A DNA stretch of 64,000 nt from a virus (lineage: Duplodnaviria > Caudoviricetes): positions 1-64,000 of IMG/VR virus record IMGVR_UViG_2841255697_000002. One strand, given 5' to 3'. The stretch's first letter is position 1. Every line of letters begins with the position of its first letter. Below, piece by piece: positions 1-10,461 of the stretch. Below the pieces are notes generated by a model, which made no database searches, was not told the origin of the DNA, and saw only the letters and a program-made list of their open reading frames with translations. The position numbers and the translations under genes are program-made.

Positions 1-303
1 CTATTCGGCCTCCTTTTCAATTTCATCTGCGCCCTGTTTTACACTGTCCTTTTGCAGAGCAGCATTGCTGTCACGAACACCCTTTGTAGTCGGGTCAATA
101 ATGGTCATAACAGCAGCAGAAACCATGAGTCCAACAACGTAAGGATTTTGGACTGCCTTAACAATGGTTTCACCGACCATATTCCAAGTGGTGAAGTCCT
201 GATAGGACAAACCAAAATAGGTGAGGACAGGCCCGACAATGGCAATTGCCAGCATGATCCAGAACTTCGGACTCTTTACTCTAATTTTCCAGTTAATATT
301 CAT
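1..303 (-). CDS. phage holin (phi LC3-like)
   Basis: Starts MNINWKIRVKSPKFW, two hydrophobic segments, DPTTKGVRDS motif typical of LC3-type holins; lies at the end of the tail operon. Confidence 0.85.
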   Translation of the reverse strand: MNINWKIRVKSPKFWIMLAIAIVGPVLTYFGLSYQDFTTWNMVGETIVKAVQNPYVVGLMVSAAVMTIIDPTTKGVRDSNAALQKDSVKQGADEIEKEAE

Positions 304-563
304 TTCTTTTCCTCCATTTCTTCTAATGTTTTAATACGATATTCATGATCAGTCAGTGTTTCAGTATGTCCGTCAAGTAAACCATAAATTCTTTTGTTTG
401 TTTTTTCTTTGGCAGCTTCCAGCTCCTCAACACATCGCTGAAGATTATCAAGCGTTACCGTTAATTTTGTGATGGTGGTTGAATAACTGTTTGTCATCTT
501 CACGAAGGTCGCAATTAGTCCAACCAAAGCAATAATAACAAGGACAACACCCCATTCATTCAT
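300..563 (-). CDS. small membrane-anchored coiled-coil protein upstream of holin
   Basis: N-terminal hydrophobic helix then coiled coil ending HEYRIKTLE; AGGAGG RBS; overlaps holin start. Confidence 0.65.
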   Translation of the reverse strand: MNEWGVVLVIIALVGLIATFVKMTNSYSTTITKLTVTLDNLQRCVEELEAAKEKTNKRIYGLLDGHTETLTDHEYRIKTLEEMEEKK

Positions 564-578
564 AAGATGGCCTCCTTT

Positions 579-1466
579 CTAAGTTAATGTCCACCCTTTT
601 CCTGTAGCAATGGCTTTATCCGCATCTGTCAGCCGTCCAAGACAAGCAGAACCAAGAGTAAGCGTCTTTGCAGTGCCTGTTTGTTCTAACCCGTTAAAAA
701 TGTTGAGAATACTCTGTCTTGTCAGTAAGTTTGAGATTAATTTAAGTTCAGAAGTAATTCCAGAAATATTCTTGAACACACCGATTGAGCCACATTGAAG
801 GCCATTTCCAAAAGTTGTAATACCGGTTCCGTTAAATCCGTCCAGAATCTGGAGACTATTACATCCATTAAAACCCGCATAATTTAAACTGTTGATAGTC
901 GAAGCAAATGAACGTTTTTGTGGTTTTCGCCATTTAACGCCGAGAAGCCGAAGTTTTGTTTTAAAACAGGCGTTATTGCTCATGGAGCCATCGTCAATCA
1001 CACAGTAAATTATATCGTCTGTGTTTAGACAATAACCATTTTCATTTGACCTGGAATAAATAATCCATCGTGAGCCAAACCCATAGCCATCATCCGTGTC
1101 CTTTGTTTTATCCCAAGTATGGTTGATGGTATTGCCGGAATAGTAACTGCCATCCGATGTCCACCACTGCGCACCAGCATTCCCCATGCTGGCCGTGCTG
1201 GAGAAAGTGTCATCAGCATTTGACACTAGAAAGGCATGACGAAAGGGTTGATCTGTAGCTGTGGTATCCAAGGCTTCTTCCAACAAAGCAAAGTAGTCCT
1301 GACCACCACCACCGCCCTGTGGAATAGAACCTATACCTGTGATGATTTCTTCGATAGTGGGGGAGGAACCAGCAACTGTTACAGAGCCACCCAGCCCTTC
1401 AATTCCCGTTTTGGCATTAACAAGACCATTTTGAAGCCGGGTTATCTGTTCAGAAAATACACTCAT
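579..1466 (-). CDS. tail-associated protein with short LRR segment and BspA-type C-terminal cap
   Basis: FNGCNSL repeat unit; C-terminus LTRQSILNIFNGL...LTLG...KAIATGKGWTLT resembles the ends of the two long LRR proteins. Confidence 0.6.
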   Translation of the reverse strand: MSVFSEQITRLQNGLVNAKTGIEGLGGSVTVAGSSPTIEEIITGIGSIPQGGGGGQDYFALLEEALDTTATDQPFRHAFLVSNADDTFSSTASMGNAGAQWWTSDGSYYSGNTINHTWDKTKDTDDGYGFGSRWIIYSRSNENGYCLNTDDIIYCVIDDGSMSNNACFKTKLRLLGVKWRKPQKRSFASTINSLNYAGFNGCNSLQILDGFNGTGITTFGNGLQCGSIGVFKNISGITSELKLISNLLTRQSILNIFNGLEQTGTAKTLTLGSACLGRLTDADKAIATGKGWTLT

Positions 1467-3277
1467 GCCACACCTCCCGTTCCGTTCATTACATTAAGAA
1501 AAGTCTGTAGGTCGGATATGTAAGCTGAAGCAAGCTCATTTATGGCCCCAATCACTGTTTTTGAAGTGGTTTGGAGACTGCTGTCTTCTTTACTCTGCTT
1601 TAAATCAAGGGCACTTTGCATTTCGGTAACACCTTCACCAGGTGGCCCCTGTTCTCCCTGGGCTTTATTAAAAGTATCTACATCATCGACAAACCAATTG
1701 CCGTTTTCACCAATTGTTATAATCGGCGTGTGTCCATCAGAACCCTTAGAGGGAAAACCGGTATCAACATCACCAAAAAACCAATTACCGTTTGCTCCAA
1801 TAGAAGGTACAGTGCCACGTGAAGAGTGATCAGTGTCTACACCATTTATAAACCAGTTACCATTATCACCGACTGTAGGAGTATAGCCTTGATCCCCTTT
1901 ATCACCTTTAATATGACCAACATTTATCCATTGGCTATCAGCAGTTGTCCAAACATAAAGATCACCGCCAATCATATAGGCATCACCGGGATTGCCAGTC
2001 GCAGGAAGATTTACGATAGAATCCAGAGTGCCTAGAATGGACAGACCAGATCCATCCTTACCTTCTGCTTTGACATTGGTGGTTACACCATCAATAAACC
2101 AAATGCCTTCTTGAATAGTAATTACAGGGGAATGACCGTCGGCACCTCGTGGGATACCGAAGTTCAATACGATATCTGGTGCTATCCCTGTATTAGTAGC
2201 TGTCGCTTCAAATCCAGATCCAAGAGTCGTTGTCTTTCCAATGGAAAAAGCAGGAGTGGTACCATCTGCACCGGCAGCTTTGACGGTTGTTGTAGTTCCA
2301 TTGATGACCCAAAAGCCGCCTGTATTAATCTCTATAGTGGGAGTAGTACCGTCCTGCCCAATTGCAAGCACTCCTGTATCTGTTTCCCCGATGAACCAAT
2401 GATTGTTTGAACCGATAGAAGGTGTAACCCCATTTGTTCCTTCTGCTGAAATATTTAAATCAGTACCGTTTATCAACCAGTGTTTTGTTCTTGGATCAAT
2501 GGTGATTGTAGGTGTCTGACCATCCTCACCTGTAGCTTTTGTTGTAGTAGTGACACCGTCAATCACCCAAAATCCTTGTTCACTAATTGTTAAAATTGGT
2601 GTATCGCCTTTTGGACCATTAAGTAAACCTTCGTTTAATTTTTCCTGAAAAGTTTTGCCATCCGAAAAAGTAACATCTTCAGCACCAAAATTTTCAATCG
2701 TTTCCTTAGCTTGGTTTGCATAACCGATTGCTTCTTTTTTTATTGTTTCAAGTTCACTCTGAGATACATCAATATTGCGTTTTAATTCCATAACAGTATT
2801 GATAAATGCTTCTGAATTTTGAATAATTTCTGAAGCTTGAGCGGCAACCGATATGAGCTTTGCAATCATAGGAGGTGTAGAATCACCAGGATCAACCCCA
2901 TTTGCAATAATTGTTTCTGGAATGGTACAAGTTGATATTTTAGTAGACCAAATTTTGTCAGATTCTTTGTATTGTGTAAAATCTTCACACGATGCAAAAA
3001 CAACCATAAAGGAAAGATCACCAGATACATTTGTAATATGTTTATCAATTTTCCATCGGCAAATGATAGAGGGGTCTGTTACTGTTTTTTCAAGTTGGTC
3101 AATGAAACTTCCATTTCTATTTTTATACAGAATAAGAGGGGTAAGTAACGATAAATCTTCTTCCAGAAAAGCTCTTTCGATTGTGAAGTCAATCACCTGT
3201 GTATTGTTGTCATATTGGATAGCGACAACAGATAAGTATGGAATTTGAATATCTCGATTTTCAATTTTGATCTGCAA
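1463..3277 (-). CDS. tail fibre/baseplate protein: BppU-like N-terminus plus collagen-like and GxNGNWxIxGxDTG repeats
   Basis: Start moved to TTG at 3277 behind GGAGGTG; N-terminal WKIDKHIT...G.L.F.V.F...IWST pattern; about 8 G-x-D-G-x-T-P-x-I...W repeats; ends KTVIGAINEL. Confidence 0.7.
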   Translation of the reverse strand: MQIKIENRDIQIPYLSVVAIQYDNNTQVIDFTIERAFLEEDLSLLTPLILYKNRNGSFIDQLEKTVTDPSIICRWKIDKHITNVSGDLSFMVVFASCEDFTQYKESDKIWSTKISTCTIPETIIANGVDPGDSTPPMIAKLISVAAQASEIIQNSEAFINTVMELKRNIDVSQSELETIKKEAIGYANQAKETIENFGAEDVTFSDGKTFQEKLNEGLLNGPKGDTPILTISEQGFWVIDGVTTTTKATGEDGQTPTITIDPRTKHWLINGTDLNISAEGTNGVTPSIGSNNHWFIGETDTGVLAIGQDGTTPTIEINTGGFWVINGTTTTVKAAGADGTTPAFSIGKTTTLGSGFEATATNTGIAPDIVLNFGIPRGADGHSPVITIQEGIWFIDGVTTNVKAEGKDGSGLSILGTLDSIVNLPATGNPGDAYMIGGDLYVWTTADSQWINVGHIKGDKGDQGYTPTVGDNGNWFINGVDTDHSSRGTVPSIGANGNWFFGDVDTGFPSKGSDGHTPIITIGENGNWFVDDVDTFNKAQGEQGPPGEGVTEMQSALDLKQSKEDSSLQTTSKTVIGAINELASAYISDLQTFLNVMNGTGGVA

Positions 3278-6200
3278 ATGGGTCACCTCCAAGAATTTCG
3301 CCAGTTTCGGCATTTTTAAATTGCCACTTTTTATTTGTAATAATAACTTTCTGAGCTTCCGTTATTTGACTAAAAAGTGAAGAGGGAAGAGTCAATATAA
3401 ATGGATCGTATATACTAGCCTCCATTATAGAATTTACAATGTTATTAAGTGACTCAGTCGAAAGTTTTGTGCAATCAGATAAGTCTAAAGAAGTTCCAAG
3501 TTTTATGATTTCTAAAGTTTCTAAATTTGAGCACCCTTTAAACATATCCTTTGCTCCGGTTTCATAGTTAACATCAGAATCCCATCCGTCATTATAAATT
3601 ACGTCTGAAAGTTTAACATGTGTTATAGAAGTACAACCAGAAAACATTTCCGAGAAATTTTTCGACTCGGAATTTTGTCCAGTATCATCAATTGAGTATT
3701 CTTCAGGGATGTAAGGTTCAATAAATTTCTGTAGCTTAGTGCAATTTTTAAACATCTGGCTACAACATTCAGATTTTCTTATGTCAAAATTAACATCGAT
3801 TAATTTGTGGCAATTTTCGAAAGTTCCGGAACATTTTTTTAGTCGTGCTAATACTCCACTGTCAAATGAAGTCAACTGAATGCAATATGAAAATGTTCCA
3901 GACATATCTTCACATGTTATTAATAATATATTTGGGGCAGTGGTCAACGATTCACAACCATAGAAAGTATTTTTTAGAATTTTTACATTCTGTGAAGCCT
4001 TAAAAAAATTAAAGTCTTTTATTTTAGTACAATTACGAAACAAATATGTAAGATCGGTAACGAGCGGTAATTCAAGAGATTCAATGAATGTGATATTTTT
4101 ACAGCCATCAAAAAGTTCGGTAGCTTCTTGTGCACTTGTGAAAGATATCTTTGGAAGTGAAGTAAGACCAATGCAATTTTTGAATAGCCCAGAAACGTAC
4201 TTTGTATAATTCGATGATATCTCTGGTACAGTTGTAATTCCAGAGCAACCACTAAAAACATATTCTAAATTATAAGAAAGATCGAAATTAAACTTATCAA
4301 TTGATGTAAGGTTAATACAATTTTCATAAAGATGTGCGATATTGATGCTATTTGTGTAATTTAAATCAACTATTTCTTTTAACGAAGTACAGCCTGAAAA
4401 AAGACCTTTTATATTCTTAATATTTGTAATGTCAAAAACAGGGACTGTTTCAAGTGAAACACAGTTTTTGAACATTTCTTCGATGTCTGTAACATAGCGA
4501 AAATCAATATTTGAAATATCTGTTAAATTAATACAGTTTTTAAACATTCCGCGGCAAGTTATATCTCTTTTAGTATTACCAAACTCTATTTTTGGAACTG
4601 TGATTAGTGATGTACATCCCTCAAATAGGGACGTGCAATCTTCAAGCTTTGGCGCTGTAATTTTCGGTGGAGATACTAGAGAAATACAATTTTCAAAGCC
4701 ATATTCAAAACTAGTTGCTTTTGGTAAATTCAAATCAGACACAGCAGTTAATTCGTAACAACCATAAAAAGTAAAATATAGGTTTGTTACATTATCTAAA
4801 TTTGATAATGTTATACTTTTAAGTTGATGGCAATGTTTAAAAGTTGAATCTAAGTCTGTGATTTTTGGTAAAGACAACGGTGGGATATTTTTTAATGAAA
4901 AACATTTACAAAAAAGATGATAAATATTTGTAGCATTTTGCAGATTTAAACCTTCAACAGTGACAAGATGACAACATGATGAAAAAGCTTCACTGGCTAA
5001 GGTTACATTTGAGGTGTCAGAAAATGTGATTTTCTTCATACTTTTGCAGTTAATAAAAGTTTCTTCAAGTCTAATTAATTTTTTTGAAGAATTAATATTT
5101 TGTTCTTTTAGTGTATAACAATTAGAAAAAGCTCTACTTAAGCTTTCAACATCCTGTACATTCAACCCTTGAATATCCTCTAAACAATAGCAGTTTTCAA
5201 AAATACAAAATAAGCTTTGTATGTTTGACATGTTTTTAAAAACGACCGACTTTATTGAATGGCAGTTCAAAAACATATTGTACATCCGAACCGTGTTGCA
5301 ATTTGCCAGATTAATCTCTGGAATAGAAGTGAGTTTATGACAATTCGTAAATGAATCACTAAGATTTCCAAGATGCTTAGGATCAAAATGTTCGACTATT
5401 TTTAGATCAGTATAATTTGCAAAATAAAAACCTCCATCATCTTTTTCGCCATCAAAAGGTCTTACAGACTGTATTTTTTCAATACCGGGTACACCTTGCG
5501 CTCTATACCCACCACCTCCTGAGAGCCAATTTGATGTATAAGAGAGATTTGGCAATACTTTTAGGCCGCTAGTCGGAAGATTATGGTCGTATACATCCAA
5601 AACCAAATTATTATTAATGGAGCCGATGCCTAGTAGTTGATAATCTTTTAAGTAAACACTCCCCTCTTGTTGTTCCATCTTTAAATCCATTTGTTCAAAA
5701 CAGAAATATTTTGTAGTCAATTCAGGTATAAATCTTTCGATTTGAAAATATTTATTATACTCTTGACTGTAATTGCTAACAGGTGTAATAAATAAGGCAT
5801 ACCACATCATCTTTTTGTCAGCTTGGTCAATGCTATCTGGACATAGTTTCCGATCCCAAATGTGTTTATAAAAACATGTTCCGTCTAGAGAAAGTGTATA
5901 TGTTTTTTCATCGGAAGTTATGATGATTATACTACCATATCCATCAAGTACAGTATCATTGATATAATCGAAATAATTAAAACAGGAGTACTCCAAATCA
6001 TAGTCCATGCAAAGACATTTGAAAGTATGTTCATTGTTACGAAGGTTATTTAAAACCTGGTCACAATATTTAAAATCTCTAAAAGGCGTTGTCGATTTAT
6101 CGACTTCAATATCCAGAATCTTTTCTGGATATTTACTAAATGGCAAGTCATTTGAAACTTCAATACCTTGATACGCAATAGAATTCCTGATATCTGTTTT

Positions 6201-6443
6201 TACATCTCGAATATTATTTAGTTTCTCGATTGTTTTTATTGAAGGGTCTTTAAAGCCTAAGATATCATCAATTACATTCGAGATATCAGCCTCTCCGTCA
6301 CCTCCAGATATTCTGGATATTTTATCCGCATATTGTCTAAAAGGAGTACCATTTGGAATGTCAACCCCTTTTTCTTCGATTGCGTTCGTTATTAATGCTT
6401 TTGATTCAAGCAGATAATTTAATTTGTCTTTAATTGTCCCCAT
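3261..6443 (-). CDS. BspA/DUF285-like leucine-rich-repeat tail protein (1060 aa)
   Basis: More than 20 Cys-rich units of form MFxxCxxLxxxPxxdxxxxxx; duplicated N-terminal motif KLN.....K..I.N.I...G......PF..Y..KI. Confidence 0.75.
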   Translation of the reverse strand: MGTIKDKLNYLLESKALITNAIEEKGVDIPNGTPFRQYADKISRISGGDGEADISNVIDDILGFKDPSIKTIEKLNNIRDVKTDIRNSIAYQGIEVSNDLPFSKYPEKILDIEVDKSTTPFRDFKYCDQVLNNLRNNEHTFKCLCMDYDLEYSCFNYFDYINDTVLDGYGSIIIITSDEKTYTLSLDGTCFYKHIWDRKLCPDSIDQADKKMMWYALFITPVSNYSQEYNKYFQIERFIPELTTKYFCFEQMDLKMEQQEGSVYLKDYQLLGIGSINNNLVLDVYDHNLPTSGLKVLPNLSYTSNWLSGGGGYRAQGVPGIEKIQSVRPFDGEKDDGGFYFANYTDLKIVEHFDPKHLGNLSDSFTNCHKLTSIPEINLANCNTVRMYNMFLNCHSIKSVVFKNMSNIQSLFCIFENCYCLEDIQGLNVQDVESLSRAFSNCYTLKEQNINSSKKLIRLEETFINCKSMKKITFSDTSNVTLASEAFSSCCHLVTVEGLNLQNATNIYHLFCKCFSLKNIPPLSLPKITDLDSTFKHCHQLKSITLSNLDNVTNLYFTFYGCYELTAVSDLNLPKATSFEYGFENCISLVSPPKITAPKLEDCTSLFEGCTSLITVPKIEFGNTKRDITCRGMFKNCINLTDISNIDFRYVTDIEEMFKNCVSLETVPVFDITNIKNIKGLFSGCTSLKEIVDLNYTNSINIAHLYENCINLTSIDKFNFDLSYNLEYVFSGCSGITTVPEISSNYTKYVSGLFKNCIGLTSLPKISFTSAQEATELFDGCKNITFIESLELPLVTDLTYLFRNCTKIKDFNFFKASQNVKILKNTFYGCESLTTAPNILLITCEDMSGTFSYCIQLTSFDSGVLARLKKCSGTFENCHKLIDVNFDIRKSECCSQMFKNCTKLQKFIEPYIPEEYSIDDTGQNSESKNFSEMFSGCTSITHVKLSDVIYNDGWDSDVNYETGAKDMFKGCSNLETLEIIKLGTSLDLSDCTKLSTESLNNIVNSIMEASIYDPFILTLPSSLFSQITEAQKVIITNKKWQFKNAETGEILGGDPFADQN

Positions 6444-7051
6444 TATATACCCTTCCCGTTGATAGAACTCATTGAAGATTCATTACTAACAGATTCACCA
6501 TTTATATCGTCAATCATGTCAGATATCCCCTGAACAAGCCGAAATGCATCTTCTGATGCTGTCCGTGCCTGAACAGCCGCATTCTTAGCTTGCTCAATTG
6601 GCTCATACAACTCTGTAACCAAACGCATCATTTCAATCATGATCGGTTCGTCTGTTAACGTAAAATCTTCGCCAACCAAGCTTTTAGCAACGTTTAAAGA
6701 ACTAATTTTTGTTGACCAGACTGAACTACCATTATTCATATCTAAATACTCATTTGAACCAACAAATGTTACGCAAAAATCAAAACGCCCCGATTCTTTG
6801 GTAATAGAACGCGTAATTGTCCATTTTGCTATAACTTTATTCAAATCTTCACTTAAAGATCTTTCAAGTATTTCAAACTGTGTTTTAGAAGCAGTTCTGT
6901 ACACAATAAACGGGAATAGGTTAAACAGATTAGTGTCTCCCTGGTAGCGATCAAAAACGAAATTGACAGAATCAGTTAAGTTATCATTTTCGATTGCGAA
7001 CATTTCGACAGAGTCAATTTGAATATTTCTGCCAATAACTCGTATATCCAT
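6443..7051 (-). CDS. BppU-like N-terminal domain protein (baseplate/fibre adaptor)
   Basis: Parallels the N-terminus of 1463..3277 (I...GRNIQI, ENDNLTDSV.F.FDR, WTITRSIT..SG...F.V.F, VWSTKIS). Confidence 0.65.
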   Translation of the reverse strand: MDIRVIGRNIQIDSVEMFAIENDNLTDSVNFVFDRYQGDTNLFNLFPFIVYRTASKTQFEILERSLSEDLNKVIAKWTITRSITKESGRFDFCVTFVGSNEYLDMNNGSSVWSTKISSLNVAKSLVGEDFTLTDEPIMIEMMRLVTELYEPIEQAKNAAVQARTASEDAFRLVQGISDMIDDINGESVSNESSMSSINGKGI

Positions 7052-9129
7052 TATTTACCTCCTAGATTGTAATTTTTGGGATGCTCTTCATAGACTGGGC
7101 CGCCAAAATCATATGCATAAACATAGACATTCCAACCTTTTAAATTGGCCAACAAAACTTGCTCATCTGAAAACTGTTTTGCACCAGATAAGTAAATACT
7201 TCCTGTACCTCGTGGGCCTTCCTTAAGCGAATTCAATATACTACCGAAATTTTTATCCCAAATAAACTGACAGTCCCAATTAACATTTACAGTTTCGATA
7301 ATTAGTTTTGCAAATATATTTGTGACGGATGAAGTACCAAATGGAACAAGACGCATTTCGTTACAAATGATGGTCTTAAGATTGGTACACCCAATAAATG
7401 TTCTAGAGGAAGGACGTAGGGAACCTTCGAAGATTATAGTTTCTAAAGATACACAATTTGTAAAAATACTTCTGTCTGTTGGGCCGTTGAATGTAATGAC
7501 GTTAATTGTCTTTAATTCAGAACAGCCGCTAAAGAAATCGTCAATTGTGGATACTGTTGAGGCATTTATATTACCAACAGCTTTCAAATGAATACAGTTA
7601 CAAAAAAAGTTGTGAGCACTTTCAATAGATACAAGGTCAACATTTCCAATGTATTCTAAATTCTCACAACTTTCAAAAAAAGAATTTGCTTCTTTAAAGT
7701 TACCAAGATAAATAGTGCCTGTTTCTTTTAATGATTTACAATTTGAAAAAAAATGATCAACACTTACCTTATAAGCAACATCGTTTTGATAGCCTGTAAA
7801 TAGAAGATTACCAACGGATATTAAGTTTTCACATCCTGAGAAAAATGAAGAAACGAGTCCAAACTCGCAATTCATATTTGAAACAGTTTTCAAGTTTACG
7901 CAATTTAAAAAGAAATTGCTGCAATTGCTTACAAGTTCCATTGAAATCTCTTTTACACTTTCAAGAGATGAACAGTTAGGGAAAAATGAAGAAACAGTAT
8001 CGCACCCTAAAATATGAATATTCCCAATAGTTTTTATGCCGCTACAGCCATAAAACATTGAGTTGCAATACCCATGATAATGAGTTTCAGTATTAAATGC
8101 AGCGCTTATATTGATGTTATTTAGCGATTCGATAGACTTACAACCTGAGAACATATGTGTCCCCAATGTTAGTTGTAAGTTTAATTGTTTTTTAAAGCTG
8201 CTTCCTAAATTTTTCAAGCTTGAACAATTATAAAACATTTTTAAAGCTGAAAGTTGCCATTTTTCATCGATTTCGTTAATCGTTTCCAAGTTGGTACATC
8301 CATTAAACATATAATCACAATTTGCAGAACTGCCAATATGTAGTTTGTTTATTTTTTTAAGATTAGTACAACCGGAAAACATACCTTCTGCATTAACAAA
8401 TGTTTGATCCAAGGATATATTTTCAATATATTCAAATGTTTTGCAGCTTTCAAACATTGATCCAAAATTTTCACAAACAGGAAAAGAAAAAGATTTAATC
8501 GATTTTAATTTTACACATTGTCTAAATGCATTTTTAGCGTTTATTACATTTGGTGCAATAACATTTCCTACTTTTTTTAAACGAGTTGCCAACCAAAATG
8601 CATTGTCAAAATTTTTACAGTTTGGCAATATAATGTCACCAACGTATTCTAAACTTTCAATATTCTGAAACGCCCCCGATGACTCATACATTCCATAATT
8701 GCCAAAAGTTTTCATTTCTATAAAATTAATATATTCTACACTAAATACAGTATTATCATAAATGTACTGCTTTGTTACTTCGTTATAATTTGCAAAACAA
8801 AAATATGCAATAGGTCCAGTGATAATTATTGTATATTCTTTGTTAGGAACGTAGGTATGCGTAAGGTTTTGTCTAACACTTTTGTCAAAATACAATGTTG
8901 ATCCATCACCCCAGTCAACAATAATTGGCTCTGAAGAAGAACTACTACTATTTAAATAGATTAAAGTAGTTGGATTATCTGAAGTGGGTCTTACCACAAA
9001 AACTCCAGTATTTTCATTATAGTTTGGTCCACTCGGAAATACTTTTCGCCCATTTATATAACCCGATTCCATTCTCCGATCATTAACCATAATTTCAGAA
9101 ATCTCACGCCCGTTACAAGCTATTGCCAA
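7051..9129 (-). CDS. BspA/DUF285-like LRR tail protein with PKD-like N-terminal domain (692 aa)
   Basis: IIVDWGDGS...HTY...Y.I.I.G PKD-like motif then about 18 FxxCxxLxxIxxI repeats; ends LANLKGWNV. Confidence 0.7.
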   Translation of the reverse strand: MAIACNGREISEIMVNDRRMESGYINGRKVFPSGPNYNENTGVFVVRPTSDNPTTLIYLNSSSSSSEPIIVDWGDGSTLYFDKSVRQNLTHTYVPNKEYTIIITGPIAYFCFANYNEVTKQYIYDNTVFSVEYINFIEMKTFGNYGMYESSGAFQNIESLEYVGDIILPNCKNFDNAFWLATRLKKVGNVIAPNVINAKNAFRQCVKLKSIKSFSFPVCENFGSMFESCKTFEYIENISLDQTFVNAEGMFSGCTNLKKINKLHIGSSANCDYMFNGCTNLETINEIDEKWQLSALKMFYNCSSLKNLGSSFKKQLNLQLTLGTHMFSGCKSIESLNNINISAAFNTETHYHGYCNSMFYGCSGIKTIGNIHILGCDTVSSFFPNCSSLESVKEISMELVSNCSNFFLNCVNLKTVSNMNCEFGLVSSFFSGCENLISVGNLLFTGYQNDVAYKVSVDHFFSNCKSLKETGTIYLGNFKEANSFFESCENLEYIGNVDLVSIESAHNFFCNCIHLKAVGNINASTVSTIDDFFSGCSELKTINVITFNGPTDRSIFTNCVSLETIIFEGSLRPSSRTFIGCTNLKTIICNEMRLVPFGTSSVTNIFAKLIIETVNVNWDCQFIWDKNFGSILNSLKEGPRGTGSIYLSGAKQFSDEQVLLANLKGWNVYVYAYDFGGPVYEEHPKNYNLGGK

Positions 9130-9143
9130 ATAATCACCATCCT

Positions 9144-10457
9144 TTATTCCTCATATTTTAAGTACAAAATATCACCTAGCATTTCTGATGGATAATCATC
9201 AACACATTCATAAAATTTCTTTGTCTTGAACCAACCATCTAAATTTAAATCAAGGTTTTCCGTGGTTAAAAATAAATTACTTGAATTATCAATTTTGTTG
9301 CTTGAGATTGTTCCATTATTATTTATCACTGATTGTGAAGTATTAGAACGTTTGAATAATCGAACCAGTGTCGAACTGTACTCGATTTTGTTTGTTAGAG
9401 TAAGGTTTAAGGCATACTTTTCTTCATAGTCGATTGATCGTTCAATAACATAACAGATATAAGATAGTCCAATGTCTTCATCCGTTATCAAGACAGCGTC
9501 GCCAACTTTAATATTCGTATATTTATAATCGTAGACACCCGTTAAATCTAAGGCCGTTATGCTGATATTGACTACAGGAAAAGCATATTTCTTCAATCTT
9601 TCAAGCCCGTCCTTATATAGGTCATTCGCGTCATAATAATTTGTTTCACGCCAGACATTGCTTTTTACAAATAACTCAGGGTGAGCTTCGATATCCGCAT
9701 CCGTATAACCAAGGTCTTTAAAATAAGTATAATTTTCGATGTAGGCCATACCTGTCGGATTCACCGACATAATGGTTAGATCCGTACCGTCATCCGTCTG
9801 CCCACCAAAACAGTACATCCGTGTAATCATCTCAGAGGTGTCATATTCGATCTCGACCGAGGTGAGGTTTTTAGAAAGTCTTAAATCCAGAACAGGGTTA
9901 TTCGATTCCTCCATACTTAACAAGTCAACCGTCCTTGGAACAGAATTAAAACGGAGGATACCTTCGTATTTTTCAGCGATATTCAGCAAAATATTAAAAG
10001 GCGTATCCTCAACAGATTCCATTCCACGCAGTTTTGATTTATCAACGGTAATCTGACCAATAGACCATCCAAGAGTCGGAATATCCCGGTCTGAATAGGC
10101 GAGCGCACGTTTCATGAGTATTTCGACATTAACCGGCAGCACTTCCTCCATCGTAATCGTGTTTTCAGCCAGAGAGCCGCTTAAATGGGAACAGGATACC
10201 GTATAGTATTCCATTCCATCATCATCGTGTTTAACCACCGGTGTTTTCATTTTGTAGAATTCGTCATTGAACAGCACGAGATACTCATTGATAATATAGT
10301 CCGATTTTGGGTTCGCCAGAGGAAGGTCAAAAGTCAAAGAACTGATTTCGGTACAGTTAAAGGATTCTTTGATGTTGAATGCCTTGTTCTCGGTGTTGTC
10401 CAGTAGTTCACAAATCCTCTCGTAACGTAAATTATAAACAACTAAAGATTCCATCAT
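9144..10457 (-). CDS. tail spike/Tal-like minor structural protein (prophage endopeptidase tail family)
   Basis: LTFDLP, KNLTSVEIEYDTSEMITRMYCFG, VGDAV.I.D..I motifs; directly after Dit. Confidence 0.75.
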   Translation of the reverse strand: MMESLVVYNLRYERICELLDNTENKAFNIKESFNCTEISSLTFDLPLANPKSDYIINEYLVLFNDEFYKMKTPVVKHDDDGMEYYTVSCSHLSGSLAENTITMEEVLPVNVEILMKRALAYSDRDIPTLGWSIGQITVDKSKLRGMESVEDTPFNILLNIAEKYEGILRFNSVPRTVDLLSMEESNNPVLDLRLSKNLTSVEIEYDTSEMITRMYCFGGQTDDGTDLTIMSVNPTGMAYIENYTYFKDLGYTDADIEAHPELFVKSNVWRETNYYDANDLYKDGLERLKKYAFPVVNISITALDLTGVYDYKYTNIKVGDAVLITDEDIGLSYICYVIERSIDYEEKYALNLTLTNKIEYSSTLVRLFKRSNTSQSVINNNGTISSNKIDNSSNLFLTTENLDLNLDGWFKTKKFYECVDDYPSEMLGDILYLKYEE

Positions 10458-10461
10458 TCAC

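Noticed and set aside
579-9129. Diversity-generating retroelement acting on LRR tail genes
   Set aside because: No reverse transcriptase and no template/variable repeat pair seen in this window
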